From Pecten maximus (taxonomy: Eukaryota), in NCBI RefSeq assembly GCF_902652985.1, contig NC_047024.1, positions 16,244,001 to 16,308,000 on the forward strand: a DNA stretch of 64,000 bases, read 5' to 3'. Of this stretch, positions 25,967 through 40,100 are shown piece by piece. A program made the translations under genes and the position numbers. The notes below the pieces were generated by a model. That model ran no database searches. It was not told the DNA's origin and saw nothing but the letters and a program-made list of their open reading frames with translations. Position 1 is the stretch's first letter; the number at the start of each line of letters is the position of its first letter.

Positions 25967-28900
25967 TAATCAAGTCCTGTAGGCCTCTCCTAACCCCTTG
26001 TTAGACCCCGATCAATCAAGTCCTATAGACCTCTCCTAACCCCTTGTTAGACCCCGATCAATCAAGTCCTGTAGGCCTCTCCTTACCCCTTGTTAGACCC
26101 CCATCAATCAAGTCCTATAGACCTCTCCTCACCCTTTGTTAGACCCCCATCAATCAAGTCCTATAGACCTCTCCTAACCCCTTGTTAGACCCCGATCAAT
26201 CAAGTCCTGTAGGTCTCTCCTTACCCCTTGTTAGACCCCCATCAATCAAGTCCTATAGACCTCTCCTAACCCCTTGTAAGACCCCGATCAATCAAGTCCT
26301 ATAGACCCCTCCTAACCCCTTGTTAGACCCCCATCAATCAAGTCATATATACCTCTTCTAACCCCTTGTTAGACCCCGATCAATCAAGTCCTATAGACCC
26401 CTCCTAACCCCTTGTTAGACCCCCATCAATCAAGTCCTATAGACCTCTCCTAACCCCTTGTTAGACCCCCATCAATCAAGTCCTATAGACCTCTCCTAAC
26501 CCCTTGTTAGACCCTCATCAATCAAGTCCTGTAGGCCTCTCCTAACCCCTTGTTAGACCCCCATCAATCAAGTCCTGTAGACCTCTCCTCACCCTTTGTT
26601 AGACCCCCATCAATCAAGTCCTGTAGACCCTTCCTAACCCCTTGTTAGACCCCCATCAATTAAGTCCTATAGACCCCTCCTAATCCCTTGTTAGACCCCA
26701 TCAATCAAGTCCTATAGACCCCTCCTAACCCCTTGTTAGACCCCCATCAATCAAGTCCTATAGACCTCTCCTTACCCCTTGTTAGACCCCATCAATCAAG
26801 TCCTATAGACCTCTCCTAACCCCTTGTTAGACTCCGATCAATCAAGTCGTATAGACCTCTCCTAACCACTTGTTAGACCCCGATCAATCAAGTCGTATAG
26901 ACCTCTCCTAACCACTTGTTAGACCCCCATCAATCAAGTCCTGTAGACCTCTCCTAACCCCTTGTTAGACCCCGATCAATCAAGTCGTATAGACCTCTCC
27001 TAACCCCTTGTTAGACCCCGATCAATCAAGTCGTATAGACCTCTCCTAACCACTTGTAAGACCCCCATCAATCAAGTCATGTAGGCCTCTCCTTACCCCT
27101 TGTTAGACCCCCATCAATCAAGTCCTATAGACCTCTCCTAACCCCTTGTTAGACTCCGATCAATCAAGTCGTATAGACCTCTCCTAACCACTTGTTAGAC
27201 CCCGATCAATCAAGTCGTATAGACCTCTCCTAACCACTTGTTAGACCCCCATCAATCAAGTCCTATAGACCTCACCTTACCCCTTGTTAGACCCCCATCA
27301 ATCAAGTCATATATACCCCTCCTAATCCCTTGTTAGACCCCCATCAATCAAGTCCTATAGGCCTCTCCTAACCCCTTGTTAGACCCTCATCAATCAGGTC
27401 ATGTAGACCCCTCCTAACCCCTTGTTAGACCCCCATCAATCAGGTCATGTAGACCTCTCCTAACCCCTTGTTAGACCCCCATCAATCAAGTCCTATAGAC
27501 CCCTCCTAACCCCTTGTTAGACCCCGATCAATCAAGTCCTATAGACCTCTCCTAACCCCTTGTTAGACCCCAATCAATCAAGTCATGTAGACCTCTCATA
27601 ACCCCTTGTTAGACCCCCATCAATTAAGTCCTGTAGACTCCTCCTAACCCCTTGTTAGACCCCCATCAATCAAGTCCTGTAGACCTCTCCTAACCCCTTG
27701 TTAGACCCCCATCAATGAAGTCCTATAGACCCTTCCTAACCCCTTGTTAGACCCCAATCAATCAAGTCCTGTAGACCCTTCCTAACCCCTTGTTAGACCC
27801 CCATCAATCAAGTCCTATAGACCTCTCCTAACCACTTGTTAGACCCCCATCAATCAAGTCTGATAGATCCCTCCTAACCCCTTTTTAGACCTCCATCAAT
27901 CAAGTATTATAGACCTCACCTAACCCCTTGTTAGACCCCCATCAATCAAGTCCTATAGACCCCCCTAACCCCTTGTTAGACCCCCACAAATCAAGTCCTG
28001 TAGACCCCTCCTAACCCCTTGTTAGACCCCAATCAATCAAGTCCTATAGATCCCTCCTAACCCCTTGTTAGACCCCAATCAATCAAGTATCATAGACCTC
28101 TTCTAACCCCTTGTTAGACCCTGATCAATCAAGTCCTATAGACCTCACCTAACCCCTTGTTAGACCCCCATCAGTCAAGTCCTGTAGACCTCTCCTAACC
28201 CCTTGTTAGACCCCCACAAATCAAGTCCTGTAGACCTCTCCTAACCCCTTATTAGACCCCCATCAATCAAGTCCTGTAGACCTCTCCTAACCCCTTGTTA
28301 GGCCCCCATCAATCAAGTCCTATAGACCTCTCCTAACCCCTTGTTAGACCCCCATCAATCAAGTCTGATAGATCCCTCCTAACCCCTTTTTAGACCCCAT
28401 CAATCAAGTCCTATAGATCTCTCCTAACCCCTTGTTAGACCCCAATCAATCAAGTCCTGTAGACCCCTCCTAACCCCTTGTTAGACCCCCATCAATCAAG
28501 TCCTGTAGACCTCTCCTAACCCCTTGTTAGACCCCCATCAATCAAGTCCTGTAGACCCCTCCTAACCCCTTGTTAGACCCCCATCAATCAAGTCCTATAG
28601 AACTCTCATACCCCCTTGTTAGACCCCCATCAATCAAGTCCTGTAGACCCCTCCTAACCCCTTGTTAGACCCCCATCAATCAAGTCCTATAGACCTCTCA
28701 TACCCCCTTGTTAGACCCCCATCAATCAAGTCCTATATACCTCTCCTTACCCCTTGTTAGACCCCATCAATCAAGTCCTGTAGACCCTTCCTAACCCCTT
28801 GTTAGACCCCAATCAATCAAGTCCTATAGACCCCTCCTAACCCCTTGTTAGACCCCCATCAATCAAGTCCTATAGACCTCTCCTAACCCCTTGTTAGATC

Positions 28901-31900
28901 CCCATCAATGAAGTATTATAGATCCCTCCTAACCCCTTGTTAGACCTCCATCAATCAAGTATTATAGACCTCACCTAACCCCTTGTTAGACCCCCATCAA
29001 TCAAGTCCTATAGACCCCCCCTAACCCCTTGTTAGACCCCCATCAATCAAGTCCTATAGACCTCTCCTAACCCCTTGTTAGACCCCGATCAATCAAGTCC
29101 TATAGACCTCTCCTAACCCCTTGTTAGACCCCAATCAATCAAGTCCTGTAGACCTCTCATAACCCCTTGTTAGACCCCCATCAATTAAGTCCTGTAGACT
29201 CCTCCTAACCCCTTGTTAGACCCCCATCAATCAAGTCCTGTAGACCTCTCCTAACCCCTTGTTAGACCCCCATCAATGAAGTCCTATAGACCCTTCCTAA
29301 CCCCTTGTTAGACCCCAATCAATCAAGTCCTGTAGACCCTTCCTAACCCCTTGTTAGACCCCCATCAATCAAGTCCTATAGACCTCTCCTAACCACTTGT
29401 TAGACCCCCATCAATCAAGTCTGATAGATCCCTCCTAACCCCTTTTTAGACCTCCATCAATCAAGTATTATAGACCTCACCTAACCCCTTGTTAGACCCC
29501 CATCAATCAAGTCCTATAGACCCCCCTAACCCCTTGTTAGACCCCCACAAATCAAGTCCTGTAGACCCCTCCTAACCCCTTGTTAGACCCCAATCAATCA
29601 AGTCCTATAGATCCCTCCTAACCCCTTGTTAGACCCCAATCAATCAAGTCTCATAGACCTCTTCTAACCCCTTGTTAGACCCTGATCAATCAAGTCCTAT
29701 AGACCTCACCTAACCCCTTGTTAGACCCCCATCAATCAAGTCCTGTAGACCTCTCCTAACCCCTTGTTAGACCCCCACAAATCAAGTCCTGTAGACCTCT
29801 CCTAACCCCTTATTAGACCCCCATCAATCAAGTCCTGTAGACCTCTTCTAACCCCTTGTTAGGCCCCCATCAATCAAGTCCTATAGACCTCTCCTAACCC
29901 CTTGTTAGACCCCCATCAATCAAGTCTGATAGATCCCTCCTAACCCCTTTTTAGACCCCATCAATCAAGTCCTATAGATCTCTCCTAACCCCTTGTTAGA
30001 CCCCAATCAATCAAGTCTTGTAGACCCCTCCTAACCCCTTGTTAGACCCCCATCAATCAAGTCCTGTAGACCTCTCCTAACCCCTTGTTAGACCCCCATC
30101 AATCAAGTCCTGTAGACCCCTCCTAACCCCTTGTTAGACCCCCATCAATCAAGTCCTATAGACCTCTCATACCCCCTTGTTAGACCCCCATCAATCAAGT
30201 CCTGTAGACCCCTCCTAACCCCTTGTTAGACCCCCATCAATCAAGTCCTATAGACCTCTCATACCCCCTTGTTAGACCCCCATCAATCAAGTCCTATATA
30301 CCTCTCCTTACCCCTTGTTAGACTCCATCAATCAAGTCCTGTAGACCCTTCCTAACCCCTTGTTAGACCCCAATCAATCAAGTCCTATAGACCCCTCCTA
30401 ACCCCTTGTTAGACCCCCATCAATCAAGTCCTATAGACCTCTCCTAACCCCTTGTTAGATCCCCATCAATGAAGTATTATAGATCCCTCCTAACCCCTTG
30501 TTAGACCTCCATCAATCAAGTATTATAGACCTCACCTAACCCCTTGTTAGACCCCCATCAATCAAGTCCTATAGACCCCCCCTAACCCCTTGTTAGACCC
30601 CCATCAATCAAGTCCTGTAGACCCCTCCTAACCCCTTGTTAGACCCCAATCAATCAAGTCCTATAGATCCCTCCTTACCCCTTGTTAGATCCCAATCAAT
30701 CAAGTCCTATAGACCTCTCCTAACCCCTTGTTAGATCCCCATCAATGAAGTATTAAAGATCCCTCCTAACCCCTTGTTAGACCTCCATCAATCAAGTATT
30801 ATAGACCTCACCTAACCCCTTGTTAGACCCCCATCAATCAAGTCATATAGACCCCCCTAACCCCTTGTTAGACCCCCACAAATTAAGTCCTGTAGACCCC
30901 TCCTAACCCCTTGTTAGACCCCAATCAATCAAGTCCTATAGATCCCTCCTAACCCCTTGTTAGACCCCAATCAATCAAGTCTCATAGACCTCTTCTAACC
31001 CCTTGTTAGACCCTGATCAATCAAGTCCAATAGACCTCACCTAACCCCTTGTTAGACCCCCATCAATCAAGTCCTGTAGACCTCTCCTAACCCCTTGTTA
31101 GACCCCCACAAATCAAGTCCTGTAGACCTCTCCTAACCCCTTGTTAGACCCCCATCAATCAAGTCCTGTAGACCTCTTCTAACCCCTTGTTAGGCCCCCA
31201 TCAATCAAGTCCTGTAGACCTCTCCTAACCCCTTGTTAGACCCCCACAAATCAAGTTCTGTAGACCCCTCTTAACCCCTTGTTAGACCCCCATCAATCAA
31301 GTCCTGTAGACCTCTCCTAACCCCTTGTTAGACCCCCATCGATCAAGTCCTATAGACCTCTCCTAACCCCTTGTTAGACCCCCATCAATCAAGTCCTATA
31401 GACCCTCCCTAACCCCTTGTTAGACCCCGATCAATTAAGTCCTATAGACCTCACCTAACCCCTTGTTAGACCCCCATCAATTAAGTCCTATAGATCCATC
31501 CCAACCCCTTGTTAGACCCCCATCAATTAAGTCCTATAGATCCATCCCAACCCCTTGTTAGACCCCCATCAATCAAGTCCTATAGACCCCTCCTAACCCC
31601 TTGTTAGACCCCCATCAATCAAGTCCTATAGACCTCTCCAAACCCCTTGTTAGACCCCATCAATCAAGTCCTGTAGACCCTTCCTAACCCCTTGTTAGAC
31701 CCCCATCAATCAAGTCCTGTAGACCCCTCCTAACCCCTTGTTAGACCCCAATCAATTAAGTCCTATAGACCCCTCCTAACCCCTTGTTAGACCCCCATCA
31801 ATCAAGTCCTATAGACCTCTCCTAACCCCTTGTTAGACCCCAATCAGTTAAGTCCTATAGACCTCTCCTAACCCCTTGTTAGACCCCCATCAATCAAGTC

Positions 31901-33923
31901 CTATAGACCCCTCCTAACCCCTTGTTAGATCCCATCAATCAAGTCCTATAGACCTCTCCTAACCCCTTGTTAGAACCCCCATCAATCAAGTCCTATAGAC
32001 CCTTCCTAACCCCTTGTTAGACCCCGATCAATCAAATCCTATAGACCTCACCTAACCCCTTGTTAGACCCCCATCAATTAAGTCCTATAGATCCATCCCA
32101 ACCCTTTGTTAGACCCCCATCAATCAAGTCCTATAGACCTCTCCTAACCCCTTGTTAGACCCCATCAATCAAGTCCTGTAGACCCTTCCTAACCCCTTGT
32201 TAGACCCCCATCAATCAAGTCCTGTAGACCCCTCCTAACCCCTTGTTAGACCCCAATCAATTAAGTCCTATAGACCCCTCCTAACCCCTTGTTAGATCCC
32301 ATCAATCAAGTCCTATAGACCTCTCCTAACCCCTTGTTAGAACCCCCATCAATCAAGTCCTATAGACCCTTCCTAACCCCTTGTTAGACCCCGATCAATC
32401 AAGTCCTATAGACCTCACCTAACCCCTTGTTAGACCCCCATCAATTAAGTCCTATAGATCCATCCCAACCCCTTGTTAGACCCCCATCAATCAAGTCCTA
32501 TAGACCTCTCCTAACCCCTTGTTAGACCCCATCAATCAAGTCCTGTAGACCCTTCCTAACCCCTTGTTAGACCCCCATCAATCAAGTCCTGTAGACCCCT
32601 CCTAACCCCTTGTTAGACCCCAATCAATTAAGTCCTATAGACCCCTCCTAACCCCTTGTTAGACCCCCATCAATCAAGTCGTATAGACCTCTCCTAACCC
32701 CTTGTTAGACCCCAATCTGTTAAGTCCTATAGACCTCTCCTAACCCCTCGTTAGACCCCCATCAATCAAGTCCTATAGACCCCTCCTAACCCCTTGTTAG
32801 ACCCCATCAAACAAGTCCTATAGACCTCTCCTAACCCCTTGTTAGAACCCCCATCAATCAAGTCCTATAGACCCTTCCTAACCCCTTGTTAGACCCTGAT
32901 CAATCAAGTCCTATAGACCTCACCTAACCCCTTGTTAGACCCCCATCAATTAAGTCCTATAGACCCCTCCTAACCCCTTGTTAGATCCCATCAATCAAGT
33001 CCTATAGACCTCTCCTAACCCCTTGTTAGAACCCCCATCAATCAAGTCCTATAGACCCTTCCTAACCCCTTGTTAGACCCCGATCAATCAAGTCCTATAG
33101 ACCTCACCTAACCCCTTGTTAGACCCCCATCAATTAAGTCCTATAGATCCATCCCAACCCCTTGTTAGACCCCCATCAATCAAGTCCTATAGACCTCTCC
33201 TAACCCCTTGTTAGACCCCATCAATCAAGTCCTGTAGACCCTTCCTAACCCCTTGTTAGACCCCCATCAATCAAGTCCTGTAGACCCCTCCTAACCCCTT
33301 GTTAGACCCCAATCAATTAAGTCCTATAGACCCCTCCTAACCCCTTGTTAGACCCCCATCAATCAAGTCGTATAGACCTCTCCTAACCCCTTGTTAGACC
33401 CCAATCTGTTAAGTCCTATAGACCTCTCCTAACCCCTCGTTAGACCCCCATCAATCAAGTCCTATAGACCCCTCCTAACCCCTTGTTAGACCCCATCAAA
33501 CAAGTCCTATAGACCTCTCCTAACCCCTTGTTAGAACCCCCATCAATCAAGTCCTATAGACCCTTCCTAACCCCTTGTTAGACCCTGATCAATCAAGTCC
33601 TATAGACCTCACCTAACCCCTTGTTAGACCCCCATCAATTATGTCCTATAGATCCATCCCAACCCCTTGTTAGACCCCCATCAATCAAGTCCTATAGACC
33701 TCTCCTAACCCCTTGTTAGACCCCCATCAATCAAGTCCTATAGACCCCTCCTAACCCCTTGTTAGACCCCCATCAATCAAGTCCTATAGACCTCTCCAAA
33801 CCCCTTGTTAGACCCCATCAATCAAGTCCTGTAGACCCTTCCTAACCCCTTGTTAGACCCCCATCAATCAAGTCCTGTAGACCCCTCCTAACCCCTTGTT
33901 AGACCCCACCTAATCAAGTCCTA
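25967..33923. repeat. 46-bp satellite array (ATCAATCAAGTCCTATAGACCTCTCCTAACCCCTTGTTAGACCCCC), ~170 copies
   Basis: Direct periodicity with higher-order blocks (~1561 bp and ~689 bp). Confidence 0.98.
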
Positions 33924-34671
33924 CCAATCCCTGTTCCTTCCCTTTTCCCCGCCTTCATGTTTTCTATAGCAAATGACTGAAACAAAATCTGGAGCCATTT
34001 TTCTCATTTTATTTGTCTTAAATCAAGTCATAATCAAGACAAGATTATAATTTTGATCATCCAGAAAAAAAATATTTCAACAGTAATATTTACAATGTAT
34101 ATGTATAGTTTATAATATTTTTGTATCAAAAACTTAATGAAATAACATGAAAGAACTCGCTAATCGAGGACAAAATGACCTGAATACTTTCACTTTAATT
34201 AATTCCAGAGGCCCACTTCTTCGAGTACAACAGTGTATCGGTTTTAAGGAATGATAAACCACTTGACTTTCAGTATCACTAAAGATGGTGTTCTTATTTG
34301 AGAAATAATTAATGATGATTTGTGTATTGTTGCAGGATATACAACGAGGACGAGGATATTTTGCAATTAAATTAATAACGAAGGCCGCAGGCCTGAGTTA
34401 TTAATTAAAATTGCAAAATATCCTCGTCCTCGTTGTATATCCTGCAACAATACAGGAGTCAAAGTTGATTATTTCTATTCTACCATGTACTGTTTAGTTC
34501 TGAGATCTACCTCTTTCTAATAGAAAAACAGCAAAGAAACCCCGGGCAAACCTTGTAATTTATTTCTTGAGTATTGCATTATTTGTTGATAAAATATATA
34601 TCTCTTTACAGGCACTACAGTACTACGATCAACAACATCTATCATATAGCATTGATTTTGAAAATTAAAAA

Positions 34672-36061
34672 AACAAGAGGCCCAGAGGGCCTGTATCGCT
34701 CACCTGGTTTCATGAGATATGAAACAAGAACTATGCTTAAGTATATTTGCCACTGGTATTGCTATGTCAATATATATCATATGCATTTTATATGGTTACA
34801 TGAACATTGTTTTTATTGTAATTCTAAAAATGTCAATTTAGCCAAATTGATCCCTTTTGGCCCTGCCCCTCAGCCCCCCGGGGGTCAGCCCCACCAATTG
34901 TACAATTTTGAATCCCTACCCCAAGGGGATGTTACCAAGCGAATATGAGCGATATATATATATCCATTGCTTAGTTTCAGAGAAGAAGTTGTTTATATCA
35001 ATTTAGGCAAATTGACCCCTTCTGGCCCGCCCCTCAGCTCTCAGGGGGGACAGCCCTATCATTTGTACAATTTTGAATCCCTACCCCAAGGGGATATTAC
35101 CAGTCAAATATGTGAGATATCCATTGCTTAGTTTCAGAGGAGAAGTCGTTTATATCAATCTAGCCAAACTGGCCCTTTTTGGCCCCGCCCCTAAGAAACC
35201 CAGGGGGTTAGCCCCACTAATTGTACAATTTTGAATCCCTACCCCAAGGGGATATTACCAGTCAAATATGTGAGATATCCATTGCTCGGTTTCAGAGGAG
35301 AAGTTGTTTAAATCAATTTAGCCAAATTGACCCTGTTTGGCCCCGCCCCTCAGCGCCCCGGAGGGTCAGCCCCACCATTTGTACAATTTTGAGTCCCCAG
35401 TCAGTAGTGATGCTACCAGGCAAATATGAGCGATATCAATTGCTCGGTTTCAGAGAAGAAGTCGTTTATATCAATAGAGCCCAATTGACCACATTTGACC
35501 CCGCCCCTCAGGCCCCTGGGGGGTCAGCCTCATCATTTGTACAATTTTGAATCCCCACCACATAGTGATGCTACCAAAAAAATATGAGCAATATCCAATG
35601 CTCGGTTTCAGAGAAGAAGTCGTTTATATCAATATAGCCCAATTGACCTCATTTGGCCCCGCCCCAGAGGCCCCCAGGGGGTCAGCCCCATCATTTGTAC
35701 AATTTTGAATCCCCACCCCATAGTGATGCTATCAAGCAAATATGAGCGATATCCATTGCTCGGTTTCCGAGAAGAAGTCGTTTATATCAAAATAGCTAAA
35801 TTGACCCCTTTTGGCCCCGCCCTAGAGGCGCCCAGGGGGTCAGCCCCATCATTTGTACAATTTTGAGTCCCCTACCCATAGGGATGCTTCTGACCAAATT
35901 TTGTGAAATTCCGATCAGCGGTTATGAAGAAGAAGTCAAATAAGTCAATTGTTGACGGACGGACGGACGGACGACAGACGGACGACGGACGGACCGACGA
36001 CGGACGACGGACGCCACGGTATGGCATAAGCTCACCTTGGTCCTTTGGACCAGGTGAGCTA
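34672..36061. mobile_element. Non-autonomous Helentron-type (HINE-like) element with internal satellite
   Basis: AACAAGAGGCCC...GCTCACCTG at one end. ~7 copies of a ~158-bp internal repeat, a GACG/GGAC microsatellite (35953-36012) and a terminal hairpin AGCTCACC...GGTGAGCT. Inserted in an A-run. Confidence 0.85.
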
Positions 36062-36081
36062 AAAAAGGGATGAAAAAAAGG

Positions 36082-36166
36082 AAAAAAAAAACGGCCTTCA
36101 TAGGATTCGAACTCGCGTCGTGATAAAAAGTTATGAAGAGACTAGCCCATTAGCCCACTCGGCTAC
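36082..36166 (-). other. tRNA-derived Pol III promoter cassette (A box, B box, T-run); not a functional tRNA
   Basis: Minus strand TAGCCGAGTGG ... GAGTTCGAATCC ... CCGTTTTTTTTT; no convincing acceptor or anticodon stem. Confidence 0.5.
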
Positions 36167-37141
36167 AGTAACCGTATTAGCAATGGGTGAATATTAGATA
36201 TATAAAATGGAAACAGCCGTGACTCAAGCGTGTATTATTGACACGAGCGTGTATTATTGGAAAATAATACATGGTTTTAAACCAATCAAAACTGGCATTG
36301 CATAGCAAACATGGTAGAATAGTAAATTCAACACAGTCTGGTTCTGCCCCTCAGGTGCCAGGGAGTCATACTGGATCAATAAGTTCAAACCATCAAAATG
36401 CTGCCACATACTTATAATTCTAACTAAGTTTCAGTTATTTTTCCATGAAATTTGATAAGTGATGATAAAAAATCATGTACAAAATATAGTAAAATTTACC
36501 CCCTCCCTTGAAAAAAATGTGAGACAAAAGGGCCATGAATTTCACCTTTTTGGTATAGCACCTTGATTAGGTCCTGGACCATTTTCATCTATAAAGAGTA
36601 TTTGAGTCTACCTTATTTGGATCTGAGAAGAAGATTTTTGAAATATAAGTCAATTTGATCCCTTTTTGCCCTGCCCCTAAGCCCCCTGGGTGTTGGAGAC
36701 CAGATAATTCACAACTGTGTTGACTTTTAGTCATATTGAAGGTTTCATTGAAATTAGTTAAAGGGTTTCTGAGAAAAAGTCAAAAATGTAAATTGTTTAC
36801 TGATGCATGAGGGACGATAGTAAATAACAACACATATAAGCCCATTAGAATAGGTCACTGAGACCTCGTCTTAAAAATCCCTCTAAGAAAAGTAAAACAA
36901 AGCATTTGATCTCTTTGAAAAAGGACTAATATAGGCTGAGCCTGTTGTCCAATCCCTTTTGCCAACACCAAATCGATAATATTCTATGTAAAAATACCTT
37001 GTTATTATACTTGTTGTGTTGACAATAAAACATTTTGAAATTGAAATATCTTTGATATAAATTAACAAATTATCACTCTACAAACTAGAAAATCACAGAT
37101 TATCAGAGCTAACAGAGACACTACATGGAAGTTGTCATTCA

Positions 37142-40100
37142 CTAATTGGCATACTCAACTATGTACTCCGGATAACACTGGGCAGAGTCAAAAATCACAA
37201 ATATAGATGGTGTCAGTACATTGTCAACGCAAGAGTTAAATGGGCGCCGTTTAGGATCATCTGGGTCTGGGGGAGGCTTGCGTATTCCAGTGTTCCCAAG
37301 GCAATATCGTCCGACTAATGTGCGGGCCACAAACATGTACTTCTTGCTTAAGCTGATTGTATCCTCAACATTTGTAAAGACAACTTTATCAGTTGAACTG
37401 CTGACAAGTGGTGTGGTCATGGTTGGATCTTGGTTGTAACCTTGAAATATTGCCTGAGAATTGCTGGCACTTGATGGTCCAAATTGTCCTTGCGCAAATG
37501 AAGACTGCCCACTGGCACTTGACGGTCCAAATTGTCCTTGTGCAAATGACACCTGCCCACTAGCGCTTGACGGTCCAAATTGTCCTTGCGCAAATGACAC
37601 CTGCCCACTAGCGCTTGACGGTCCAAATTGTCCTTGCGCAAATGACACCTGCCCACTGCTGCTGGATTGACCAAATGTCACCATACCATTGTTATTTCTG
37701 GTTGGCCCGAATGATTGTGAAGTTGTGTTAAGAAGGCTTTGCTGCTGCGGCTGTTGGTAACCGAAGTTATTAAAAGTAGCTGGCTGTTGTTGTAGGAAAG
37801 GATTGTTGCTCTGAGGAGTGTTGAAAGACGATGGTAGATTGAAGGCCTGGGCAAACTGAGCACTGCTACTTGCTGGTGGTAGGGGAATGGTTCTGCTATT
37901 TGCTAGTGGCAGGGGAAGGGTTCTACCTAATCTCGGAGGCACCTGGCTATATCTGTCTGAGTAGGCAGCTCGCTTAGCAAAGTACGTACCTATAACAAGA
38001 ACGCCATATTATTTCTAGGTATCTGATATGAATCATTCACTTATCGTTCTAGTATAAGTGTGGATGGAGGTCATTTTTCTGTCTTCTGTTTCTAACACTT
38101 CCACATAATCTGATAGTGCTGACAGGTTTTATACTGGTTGACCAATGGCTCGCTTAAAAGATAAACCGTACATGAAGGATGTCTTAACTTGACAAAAGGC
38201 TGTTCCATTAAATGTGTGAGCCCTCCTGTAAGGTTGACTTACCTTAACCAAAGGCTGTCTGGTTAAATTATATCCCCCCCTCTCCCTCCTGTAAAAAGAC
38301 TTACTCTCACTGAAAGCTGTCCTTTCAAATGTACACCCCCTTTGCTCCCTCCTGTAAGAACTAACCTTGGCTGAAGGCTGTCCTTTCAAATGTCCACCCC
38401 CTTTGCTCACTATTGTAAGAACAAGTTACTTGACTGAAAGCTGTCCTTTCAAATGTACACCCCCTTTGCTCCCTCATGTAAGAACTAACCTTGACTGAAG
38501 GCTGTCCTTTCAAATGTACACCCCCTTTGCTCACTATTGTAAGAACAAGTTACTTGACTGAAAGCTGTCCTTTCAAATGTACACCCCCTTTGCTGCCTCC
38601 TGTAAGAACTAACCTTGACTGAAGGCTGTCCTTTCAAATGTACACCCCCTTTGCTCCCTCATGTAAGAACAACTTACATTGGCTGAAGGCTGTCCTTTCA
38701 AATGTTCAACCCGGCCCTTTGCTCCCTCATGTAAGAACTAACCTTGACTGAAGGCTGTCCTTTCAAATGTCACCCCCTTTGCTCCCTCATGTAAGAACAA
38801 CTTACATTGGCTGAAGGCTGTCCTTTCAAATGTTCAACCCGGCCCTTTGCTCCCTCATGTAAGAACTAACCTTGACTGAAGGCTGTCCTTTCAAATGTCA
38901 CCCCCTTTGCTCCCTCATGTAAGAACAACTTACATTGGCTGAAGGCTGTCCTTTCAAATGTTCAACCCGGCCCTTAACTCCCTCCTGTTAGAACAACTTA
39001 CCTGGGTCAAAGGCTGTCCTTTCAAATGTACACCCCCTTTGCTCCCTCCTGTAAGAACAAATTACCTTGGCCGAAGGCTGTCCTTTCAAATGTACACCCC
39101 CTTTTTCTCTCTCCTGTAAGAACAACTTACCTTGGCCGAAGGCTGTCCTTTCAAATGTACACCCCCTTTTTCTCTCTCCTGTAAGAACAACTTACCTTGG
39201 CCGAAGGCTGTTCCGTTCTCCCCACACATCCTCCAGTCCAAACCTTCTCTACAGATGGCATCAAAAGCTTTTGTGCTTGTGCCATGGAATAGCTGTTTTT
39301 CATTGAGCTGGTTTTGACCATAATCTTCCACCATATGTTTTCTGGCTCTATAAGAAAACCCACATTAGATTGTTTTATCAGTATTTTTTTTTTGCATTAG
39401 AATTTACTTGAGATTTCCCAGTCTTATTTTGCTGTGGAGATATCAAGCCAAATTTTAATTTATAAAAGCAAATTGAACGAAGGCTCACATAGGTATACCC
39501 AGCCCCCTTCATCAGTGAAATTAGTCTGTTGATGGGTTCATGACATATTGTGTGTACTTGCAATCCCGAAATTAGTAGAATGCAGCCTTTGACCTTTAAC
39601 CTTTACCCTTGACTAATGGTCACCAAAGTTTAATCAGGTGTAAACCTTCATAGAGTTGGGGTATAAAAATAGATGGGGATTCAGATGCAAGATTACTTAC
39701 AGACAGAATTTCTGCCACAGACGAGGGTTCTGTATCCTTCTGATCGCTGTGATATGTTTGGCGGACATGCTGTGTGAGAACAGTGTCTTGATATGGCGGA
39801 ATTCTACAGAGCTTGTCTCCAGGTTAACAATAACATAGTCCTGTAAATAAAACCTCACTATATCACTATATATTACATAGTCCTGTAAATAAAACCTCAA
39901 TATATCACTATATATTACAGTACTGTAAATAAAACCTCAATATATCACTATATATTACAGTCCTGTAAATAAAACATCAATATATCACTATATATTACAT
40001 AGTCCTGTAAATAAAACCTCAATATATCACTATATATTACATAGTCCTGTAAATAAAACCTCAATATATCACTATATATTACAGTACTGTAAATAAAACC

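Larger units (their letters stand above)
34320..36322. mobile_element. Non-autonomous hairpin-terminated DNA element (possibly Crypton-like), interrupted by a Helentron-type insertion
   Basis: Near-perfect ~130-nt palindrome 34323-34454. Perfect 13-bp inverted repeat CTATTCTACCATG (34475) / CATGGTAGAATAG (36310). Confidence 0.65.

Noticed and set aside
1-33923. Repeat arrays as CRISPR loci
   Set aside because: Head-to-tail monomers with no unique spacers, no cas genes, eukaryotic context.
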